A stretch of 32,287 nt of DNA from a virus (lineage: Duplodnaviria; Caudoviricetes), in the IMG/VR virus record IMGVR_UViG_3300020045_004733, positions 1 to 32,287 of that record; one strand, 5' to 3'. Numbering within the stretch: position 1 is the stretch's first letter; each line of letters starts with the position of its first letter. The notes under the pieces are model-generated. The model had not been told where the DNA came from and searched no databases. It was given only the letters and a program-made list of their open reading frames with translations. Positions 25,966 through 32,287 of the stretch are shown here, piece by piece. The position numbers and the translations under genes are program-made.

Positions 25966-26019
25966 GAATTATTTTCTCATATTTTGAGCATCGGGCATTT
26001 TATTTCAAGAAAGTTCCTC

Positions 26020-26048
26020 TTGACTTTATAGAAACCGGGTGCAATAAT
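26020..26048 (+). promoter_or_regulatory. rightward sigma70 promoter (PR-like)
   Basis: TTGACT-17 nt-AATAAT with extended -10 TG, ending 8 nt before ATG 26057. Confidence 0.6.
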
Positions 26049-26056
26049 CCTCAACT

Positions 26057-26248
26057 ATGAAAATAAATACAATCAGACTGGAAAAAGAGCGCAAGCGCCG
26101 CAAGCTGACAAGGGAAAAGTTTTCCGTTCTTTTCTCTCTCCATCCAACAACTTACGGAAAAATCATTAAGACACAATCAACGACCTTTAAGCGGCTATCT
26201 CAAATAGCAGATAGTTTAAGGATCAATCCAAAGCTTTTAATCGAATAG
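26057..26248 (+). CDS. Cro/XRE-family HTH regulator
   Basis: 63 aa. LEKERKRRKLTREKFS...TTYGKI...LSQIADSLRINPKLL is a typical XRE pattern. Confidence 0.8.
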   Translation: MKINTIRLEKERKRRKLTREKFSVLFSLHPTTYGKIIKTQSTTFKRLSQIADSLRINPKLLIE

Positions 26249-26317
26249 ATATCTGATATAGGGGCTGGCTACCGGAAAAGACGCCCCTCAAATCATGTTG
26301 AAAAACAGGAACCGACC

Positions 26318-26836
26318 ATGAACAAGCCCACAAAGGAACAGATCCTGGAATCCATCGCCGCCGGAATGAACGTGAAAGAACAGGCGAAGCATTTCGGCAT
26401 CGGGCTGAGCGCCTTGATGTTGAGGCGGAAAAAGTTTGGCATTTCGGGGAAGGAAGGCAAGACGGGCAGGAAAGTGGGGTCAGCGACTATTGACTACACG
26501 ACGATTGACGCCATGCTTAAGGATCAAGACAAAACAATGCCGGACATAGCAAAGGAAGTTGGGTGCTCATGGATGTGCGTGCGGAATCGGTGGTTAAAAA
26601 CTCATCCGGGGACAAAATATAAGTGCCTGTCACGAGGGACCAACCACAACCGGATCACGCCGGTCAACCTCCTGGGGGCAATGGGATACAATTACGCCGA
26701 GGAGTTGGAAAAGGATTTTCACCGGCTTCACAGGGCGACGTTTCCGTGTGTCCCTTGGGACAAGTTCCGGGCGGCGATCCATGAACTTTGTGCGAGGGGG
26801 ATTAATCCGCTGGCGGGAAATGGGAGGGTGGCGTGA
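26318..26836 (+). CDS. double HTH DNA-binding protein
   Basis: GMNVKEQAKHFGIGLSAL and TMPDIAKEVGCSWMCV. Confidence 0.65.
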   Translation: MNKPTKEQILESIAAGMNVKEQAKHFGIGLSALMLRRKKFGISGKEGKTGRKVGSATIDYTTIDAMLKDQDKTMPDIAKEVGCSWMCVRNRWLKTHPGTKYKCLSRGTNHNRITPVNLLGAMGYNYAEELEKDFHRLHRATFPCVPWDKFRAAIHELCARGINPLAGNGRVA

Positions 26837-27969
26837 ATGAACTTAGCCTATTCACAGGCGCAGGCGGCGGCCTCCTCGGTTCCCTCCTTCTTGGACATAC
26901 CCCAATCGGATACTGTGAGTGGGACGATTACTGCCAGCGAGTCATTGCCGCCCGAATCCGTGACGGAATCCTGCCCGACGCCCCTATCTTCGGCGATATC
27001 AAAACATTCATCAGTGACGGGTACGCCGCAAGCTATGCGGGGCTGGTTGATGTCATTACCGCCGGTTTCCCTTGCCAGCCGTTCAGTGTCGCCGGAAAGC
27101 AAAAAGGAGCCGACGACGAGCGGAATATGTGGCCGGCAACGGCAGAGTGCATTGGAATTGTGCGCCCCCGATTCGTTTTGCTTGAAAACGTGCCGGGAGT
27201 CCGTACCTACCTGCCCGTGGTTGTTAGAGACTTGCGCCGACTTGGGTATGAAGTTTCAAGACCCCTCCTCCTTGGGGCTGACGATGTTGGGGCGCCGCAC
27301 CGAAGGAAACGGGTGTGGATACTTGCCAACAGCACAGCAGCGGGATTATCGGAGTCCAGACCTTCCGGGATCGGTGAATTACGAGCGGAAAGCGGCGAAG
27401 GGATGGACGATAGACCTGAACAGCAAGATTGCCTTACTACCAACCCCCCGGAAGTGCATGACGGGCGATATTTCGGAAGAGCGGAAGGCAGACAGGTTCA
27501 ACAATCTGGAAACGGTATTGAGCAGAGAATTACTTCCGACTCTGAGCGTTACCACGACAGGAGGACCGACGGGCCTTTGCGGAGGATCGGGGAACAGGAA
27601 GAAGTTCAACAGAATGTGGGGGCAACTCCCCACGCCCCGAGCCGAGAAGCATACCCCGCAGAGCCGGGCGGACTTCACGCCGAACCTTGCGGCGAGGATT
27701 CAGGAATTGGCCCCAACCCCTTCCGCCTCAATGGTGACAATGCAGGACTTCGTGCAGGCGAAATATCACAGTTCCAAAAGGCCGAAGTATTCGGAGGTGA
27801 TGCTGCCGACACCGAACATGATGGACGGAGGGAGCAAGGAGACGCACAGGGGCGAGGGAACGAGGCTGAAGCTGTTGGGAGCGGTCAGTGGACAGAGCCG
27901 TGGCCTGAAGTTGCAGCCCGCCTTTGTGGAATACATGATGAACTGGCCGGAGGGGTGGACGGCACTTGA
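26833..27969 (+). CDS. C5-cytosine DNA methyltransferase, alpha chain (motifs I-VIII)
   Basis: SLFTGAGG (I), GFPCQPFS (IV), ENV (VI), HRRKRVWI (VIII). Lacks motifs IX and X. Confidence 0.9.
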   Translation: MNELSLFTGAGGGLLGSLLLGHTPIGYCEWDDYCQRVIAARIRDGILPDAPIFGDIKTFISDGYAASYAGLVDVITAGFPCQPFSVAGKQKGADDERNMWPATAECIGIVRPRFVLLENVPGVRTYLPVVVRDLRRLGYEVSRPLLLGADDVGAPHRRKRVWILANSTAAGLSESRPSGIGELRAESGEGMDDRPEQQDCLTTNPPEVHDGRYFGRAEGRQVQQSGNGIEQRITSDSERYHDRRTDGPLRRIGEQEEVQQNVGATPHAPSREAYPAEPGGLHAEPCGEDSGIGPNPFRLNGDNAGLRAGEISQFQKAEVFGGDAADTEHDGRREQGDAQGRGNEAEAVGSGQWTEPWPEVAARLCGIHDELAGGVDGT

Positions 27970-28156
27970 ACCCCTCCCCCTGGAAAGCATGGAAAAATGG
28001 TTATCAGGAACGACATGGGATGAACCGTGGCCCGACGCAGCGCAGCGGTTGTGCCAAGCCGGAAACGTTTCGGATAGGGTGAATCGGCTGAAGGCGTTAG
28101 GGAACGGGCAGGTAAGCGTAGTGGTTGCAACAGCATGGAGGATTTTAACGCAATGA
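26837..28156 (+). CDS. C5-MTase beta chain in overlapping +1 frame (LPTP repeats, motifs IX and X)
   Basis: Six LPT(P)-type repeats, LQPAFVEYMMNWPEGWT (IX-like) and RLKALGNGQV (X). True start uncertain. Confidence 0.8.
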   Translation: MNLAYSQAQAAASSVPSFLDIPQSDTVSGTITASESLPPESVTESCPTPLSSAISKHSSVTGTPQAMRGWLMSLPPVSLASRSVSPESKKEPTTSGICGRQRQSALELCAPDSFCLKTCRESVPTCPWLLETCADLGMKFQDPSSLGLTMLGRRTEGNGCGYLPTAQQRDYRSPDLPGSVNYERKAAKGWTIDLNSKIALLPTPRKCMTGDISEERKADRFNNLETVLSRELLPTLSVTTTGGPTGLCGGSGNRKKFNRMWGQLPTPRAEKHTPQSRADFTPNLAARIQELAPTPSASMVTMQDFVQAKYHSSKRPKYSEVMLPTPNMMDGGSKETHRGEGTRLKLLGAVSGQSRGLKLQPAFVEYMMNWPEGWTALEPLPLESMEKWLSGTTWDEPWPDAAQRLCQAGNVSDRVNRLKALGNGQVSVVVATAWRILTQ

Positions 28157-28359
28157 CCATCCACCTCCTAGAAGCCCAACAAGTCCGCCGCGGCGACCTG
28201 CTGGAATGTTCCGACGGCATTTGGCGGCCGGTGGTCAATATCGATAAGGTGGTCGGCCGTATCTATTTTATCTTCGACCTCACCAGGGACACGCGTAGTG
28301 CTCTACTGGGGGAGGTTTTGGCGGTGGGGGTAGGGGACGGCAGAAGAGGAGGGGTATGA
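28153..28359 (+). CDS. hypothetical protein
   Basis: ATG 28153, coupled to the upstream TGA. AQQVRRGDLL small beta-barrel-like pattern. Confidence 0.55.
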   Translation: MTIHLLEAQQVRRGDLLECSDGIWRPVVNIDKVVGRIYFIFDLTRDTRSALLGEVLAVGVGDGRRGGV

Positions 28360-28520
28360 AAAACAGAAACAAGCGGCAACAGCGGTTAATTCCCGAGTCA
28401 TGCCCGAAATGTAAGAGTGTTTCAATCGTTCCTGATTGCTCAAGATATGGTGAAAACTTCGTACATGGCTGGCATTGTGTGAAATGCGGGTACAATTCAG
28501 ACAACGAGGCAACGAATTGA
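28356..28520 (+). CDS. zinc-ribbon protein (54 aa)
   Basis: MKNRNKRQQRLIPESCPKCKS...WHCVKCGY. SD GAGGAGG, ATGA-coupled. Not in the ORF track. Confidence 0.65.
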   Translation: MKNRNKRQQRLIPESCPKCKSVSIVPDCSRYGENFVHGWHCVKCGYNSDNEATN

Positions 28521-30718
28521 AAAACCAGCCGCTATTTCAAGACATCCCAGATATTGAGTATGAAAAAGGCGTTTACCATCCCGTCCTGACGGTCGTTGAA
28601 AACAGCAAAGGCGTTCTTGATGTTGATACCGTGAAGGGATGCACCTATGGGATGGCAGCATATCCAGACGGCGGGTGTTATGGTGAGTGCTACGCTGCAA
28701 AGACAGCCGCTCTGTACGGGATAGACTTCACCAAGAGTGTGAGCCGTAAGTTCATGGGGCGGGAACATTGCGCCACTATTCGGCGCGTCATGGGACATTA
28801 TGACACGGCATGGTACAGGGTTGGGACCGCTGGAGACCCTTCACATGATTGGGACAATACCATAACCGTTTGCAAGGCTCTATGGTGGAGTAAGAAGATT
28901 CCCGTTATCGTCACGAAACACTGGCTCACGCTTTCAGATGGTCAAATCGAATGGCTCCGAAAGCTCAAGGCGGTCGTGAATACCTCAACGAGTGGACTTG
29001 ACACAACCGCCGAAATAAAGCACCGCGTAGGGCAGCTTGAACGTCTCCGTGTGGCTGGTATAAAGAGCGTCAACCGTGTTGTCACCTGTCAGTTCGGATC
29101 GTCACAGTGGGCAAGGGAGCAGCAAGAAAAGCAAGATTATTTGTTATCGCTGACACCGATCATTGATAATCCACTCAGGGCAAGGAAAACCAATTCCCGC
29201 GTGGTTTGTGGCGATATCATCCTGACCAAAAAGAAAGAATCAATAGGGGGCGGCAAGAATGTATCATTGCATCGTCCTGGAGTATTCCTTGAAACGTGCG
29301 ATAAATGCCCGGACCAATGCGGCGTTGATCGCCTAGACATTCAGGCACAGAAAGAGAGGCGAAAAATGTTGCAGGTTCAAACATCGTTGTTAAGGCAAAG
29401 CGTGGAGTTTCTTTATGTCAAAAGCGTCATAGGTTCGGGGTACGAACAAGACGTGGCGAAGCTGGCTCTTGAGGACGGTATCGCTCAGAGGGCCGCAAGG
29501 AAGAACATGCAGATTCATTCAGCAATTATCCTTAAAATCAACGGCGAATTCAGCGGTTTTATGACATTCCAAGACAACCACGCTTGCAAAGAGTTTTGCC
29601 TTTTACAATCTGTAATCAGGCCATGTCATTATGATGACGATCTTTACCGGGATATGGTGCAGGCTGTCATTAACCAGAACACAAGCGGCTACCCGGCAAT
29701 AATCACGACCGACCCGAAAAGCAAGTTCGAGACGCCGAAGTTGTTTGAAAGTCTCGGATTCGTGACATACCTGAAAATGTCGGGCTTTCATTACATGGTC
29801 AATGGCGACGTTGCGGATGTGCGGCACAAGCTCCTAGCCCACATCACCATGACAAACGCCTGGGATACCGTCAAAGGCGATTGGTTGCGTCTCAAGCGAG
29901 AATGGAACGAGAAGATAAACGCCGCCGGAGCACTGAAAGGCGTACAGAATCCCATGTTCGCCTCGCGTGATGGCTGCTGGCAGGGTTCTAACGGTTTTGC
30001 CAATGTTGTCACAGGGCACTCGCACAACGGGAACGCATCTGTCCTTGACCCCGTGGCTTGTGAGGTCATTCTGAGGTTTTTCATGCCGAAAGCGGGGCGG
30101 CGGGTCTATAACCCTTTCGGCGGCGGGGTTCAGTTTGGGTTCATTTCCGGATCATACGGCTACGATTACACGGCCAGCGAGATTAGGCAGAATCAATGCG
30201 ACGCGAACAATCTGATTTGCGAAGGGCTGAACAGCGCGAAGTGGATCAAAAGCGATTCGTCCACCTATGAGCCGGAAGGGATGTTCGACCTTGTTTTTAC
30301 CTGTCCGCCCTACTACAAGGTGGAAAAATACATCGACTATGACGGGCAGCCGCCCGAAGGTGAAATTAATTCCTTTTCGACCTATGAGCAGTTCAGGGAC
30401 GCACTTTTCAGCGGCTATAAGATTGCAATGGCGCACCTTAACGACAACTGCTTCTTTGTGGTAATGACCGGTGATAGCAGAGACAAAGACGGCGCTTACT
30501 ACTGTTCAGAAGCAGAAACGGAAATGTTCCTGAAAGCGCAAGGATTAAGTATATATAACAAGATCGTTTACCTCGAATGTGAGTTCACGCGGCTTGCACA
30601 TGCAAAAAAAACATTAAACATGCGAAAGTTCCCAAAGCGCGAACAGAAGATCATTGTGGCTTACAAGGGGAGCATACCGGCAATTAAAGAGCTTTATGCG
30701 CCAGTAGGGAGGCTATAG
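28517..30718 (+). CDS. fusion of radical-SAM-like Fe-S domain, GNAT-like domain and N6A/N4C DNA methyltransferase
   Basis: TTG 28517 overlaps the upstream TGA. GC-x11-C-x3-CYA, GTAGDP, IVTK, CDKCPDQC; then GEFSGFM...LFESLGF; then NPFGGG and TCPPYY. Confidence 0.75.
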   Translation: MKNQPLFQDIPDIEYEKGVYHPVLTVVENSKGVLDVDTVKGCTYGMAAYPDGGCYGECYAAKTAALYGIDFTKSVSRKFMGREHCATIRRVMGHYDTAWYRVGTAGDPSHDWDNTITVCKALWWSKKIPVIVTKHWLTLSDGQIEWLRKLKAVVNTSTSGLDTTAEIKHRVGQLERLRVAGIKSVNRVVTCQFGSSQWAREQQEKQDYLLSLTPIIDNPLRARKTNSRVVCGDIILTKKKESIGGGKNVSLHRPGVFLETCDKCPDQCGVDRLDIQAQKERRKMLQVQTSLLRQSVEFLYVKSVIGSGYEQDVAKLALEDGIAQRAARKNMQIHSAIILKINGEFSGFMTFQDNHACKEFCLLQSVIRPCHYDDDLYRDMVQAVINQNTSGYPAIITTDPKSKFETPKLFESLGFVTYLKMSGFHYMVNGDVADVRHKLLAHITMTNAWDTVKGDWLRLKREWNEKINAAGALKGVQNPMFASRDGCWQGSNGFANVVTGHSHNGNASVLDPVACEVILRFFMPKAGRRVYNPFGGGVQFGFISGSYGYDYTASEIRQNQCDANNLICEGLNSAKWIKSDSSTYEPEGMFDLVFTCPPYYKVEKYIDYDGQPPEGEINSFSTYEQFRDALFSGYKIAMAHLNDNCFFVVMTGDSRDKDGAYYCSEAETEMFLKAQGLSIYNKIVYLECEFTRLAHAKKTLNMRKFPKREQKIIVAYKGSIPAIKELYAPVGRL

Positions 30719-30722
30719 CCCT

Positions 30723-31112
30723 ATGACCCTCCTCTCCCTCCTCAAACCAAAGCGGGTGAAGACCTCCCGGAAGGCCTCCCTCAAGAAGTCCCTGGACGCC
30801 ATCATTTCCCGGAAGGTCCGCGACCGTGACGGAAACCACTGTAAAAAGTGCGGCAGGACCCCCTGCTACCATCATCACATCTTCGGGAAGGCTGCACACC
30901 CTTCGACGCGTTGGGAGATCGACAACGGCGTTTCTGTCTGTTTTCGGTGCCACCGCGATGCTCACGCATCCCCGGAGGATTTTAGACGCTGGGTAATCTC
31001 CTGGATGGGTGAAGTAGAATATGAGGCTTTGTATGTAAAGGCGCAGATGAGGGCAAGTTTTAAGGTTTGCGATCTGGAATTGCTTTTGTGGGCGATGAGG
31101 AAAGCCGCATGA
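30723..31112 (+). CDS. NinG/Rap-like HNH nuclease
   Basis: VRDRDGNHCKKCG, HHIFGK, TRWEIDNG and CFRCH motifs. Confidence 0.85.
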   Translation: MTLLSLLKPKRVKTSRKASLKKSLDAIISRKVRDRDGNHCKKCGRTPCYHHHIFGKAAHPSTRWEIDNGVSVCFRCHRDAHASPEDFRRWVISWMGEVEYEALYVKAQMRASFKVCDLELLLWAMRKAA

Positions 31113-31321
31113 CCAGACCCACAAAGCTATCCATCCTCGCCGCGGTGATTATGGCCGCGTATATGGCGATCATATGGTGGGCGATCCTGCCGGAACAGGT
31201 GGAGATCCAGCCCGTTAAGCACCATGGAGCGGATGCGATCACGGTGAAGTGGAACGGTGAGGTCACGGCTTGGAAGTGGGACGGGAAACGGTATCGGGTT
31301 ATGTGGAAGAGGGGGGTTTAG
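31109..31321 (+). CDS. small protein with N-terminal membrane anchor
   Basis: ATG 31109, coupled. Hydrophobic LSILAAVIMAAYMAIIWWAIL. Confidence 0.55.
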   Translation: MTRPTKLSILAAVIMAAYMAIIWWAILPEQVEIQPVKHHGADAITVKWNGEVTAWKWDGKRYRVMWKRGV

Positions 31322-31477
31322 ATGGACGGATTTCAAGGTGATAGCCTGTTCCTCGGCGAAGATGATGAATATGAACGCTGGCAGGAGTACGAGAGGCGCA
31401 AGAGGGAGTTGGTTGATCTCCCTCCGAAGGAATATGACAAGGCGATAAAGGCCATTTGCCGGGAATTGAACCTATGA
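31322..31477 (+). CDS. small hypothetical protein (51 aa)
   Basis: MDGFQGDSLFLGEDDEYERWQEYERRKRELVDLPPKEYDKAIKAICRELNL. SD GAGGGGG, coupled to dnaB. Not in the ORF track. Confidence 0.6.
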   Translation: MDGFQGDSLFLGEDDEYERWQEYERRKRELVDLPPKEYDKAIKAICRELNL

Positions 31478-32287
31478 GCAAGCCAATTAAAGACCCTTGG
31501 AGCGAAGAGGCCGAGAAAGCCGTCCTTGGTGCCGTCCTGATCGACTCAGAGGCAATAAAGACAGTTAGGCCGATGCTTGAGCCGTCCGACTTCTATCTTG
31601 ACCGCCACGGGGAGATTTACGGCGGTATGGCGGTGTTGTCCGCAAAAGGGATAACCATCGACCTCGTTACATTGATAAATCACCTTAAAGAGATTGACCG
31701 GCTTGAATCAATTGGAGGCGGGGCCTACCTATCGGAACTCTGTGACGGCGTATCATCGGCGGCAAACGTCCTCCATTACGTCAAGATCGTAAAAGAGAAA
31801 TCAACCCGCCGGAGCATCATCAAGCAGGCCCGTGGGATTGCGGTTCAGGCACAAGGGCAAGACTCCCTCGAAGAGATCCCGACAAGACTCTCCATAGAGA
31901 CAAGCCATGCGGTCGAGATTAACCAGGTCGAATCGACAATAAAGCAGCTCAACGCGAATATAAAAAACGGTTATCCAGGGTTTTCGCCATGCTATGACAT
32001 CCTGAAAAAGACGATTAGAAAGATAACTCCTGGACATCTATGGGTTATTGGAGGATATACTTCCACAGGTAAGTCGGCGGTTCTGGTTGACCTGATCTGC
32101 CGCCTTTATCGTCACGGGATAGACAATCCAGGAATCGCTATATTTTCCACCGAGATGTCGTCTGAACAATACCTTTTGCGGATGCTTTCAAACGACACGA
32201 CAATTCCCACCTGGGCGATTACAGAAAACAAGCTGCGCGATGTCCAGCATCAACCGCTCGTAAACGCTCAATGTTTCTATGCTTCCC
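31474..32287 (+). CDS. dnaB: DnaB-like replicative helicase (3' partial)
   Basis: EAEKAVLGAVL, DFYLDRHGEIY, IDLVTL, GGGAYLSEL, Walker A GYTSTGKS and FSTEMS. Runs off the window end. Not in the ORF track. Confidence 0.92.
   Translation, partial: MSKPIKDPWSEEAEKAVLGAVLIDSEAIKTVRPMLEPSDFYLDRHGEIYGGMAVLSAKGITIDLVTLINHLKEIDRLESIGGGAYLSELCDGVSSAANVLHYVKIVKEKSTRRSIIKQARGIAVQAQGQDSLEEIPTRLSIETSHAVEINQVESTIKQLNANIKNGYPGFSPCYDILKKTIRKITPGHLWVIGGYTSTGKSAVLVDLICRLYRHGIDNPGIAIFSTEMSSEQYLLRMLSNDTTIPTWAITENKLRDVQHQPLVNAQCFYAS

Noticed and set aside
1-32287. Genome-wide TAG or TGA stop-codon reassignment
   Set aside because: TAG cleanly ends genes at 5934, 9800, 11771, 26248 and 30718, and TGA is used in many ATGA couplings. 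Genes are not fragmented under code 11.

Overview
The whole window is a segment of a tailed dsDNA phage with an HK97-type head and a non-contractile (siphovirus-like) tail. It is apparently in excised or free form, because phage genes lie on both sides of a 3' tRNA-Sec fragment (attP). The + strand from 1 to 19393 is the late operon: end of the prohead protease, major capsid protein, five consecutive signal-peptide-bearing fibre/decoration-like proteins, a lysis cluster with small extra genes, neck genes, two glycosyltransferases, tail tube, a G/GT chaperone with a -1 slippery site, tape measure and tail-tip genes. The - strand from 19390 to 25930 carries an SGNH lipoprotein, attP, an N-terminally truncated tyrosine integrase, NinB/YqaJ/ERF recombination genes, small early genes and a ~600-nt structured leader. 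The + strand from 26057 to the end carries a Cro-like HTH, a dual-frame split C5-cytosine methyltransferase, a radical-SAM-like/GNAT/amino-methyltransferase fusion, a NinG-like HNH and a partial DnaB. The best candidates for new biology are the Sec-exported fibre-like cluster after the capsid gene, the three-domain putative DNA hypermodification enzyme, the overlapping-frame methyltransferase and the glycosyltransferase pair in the tail operon. All product calls come from motif recognition by eye; no searches were run.
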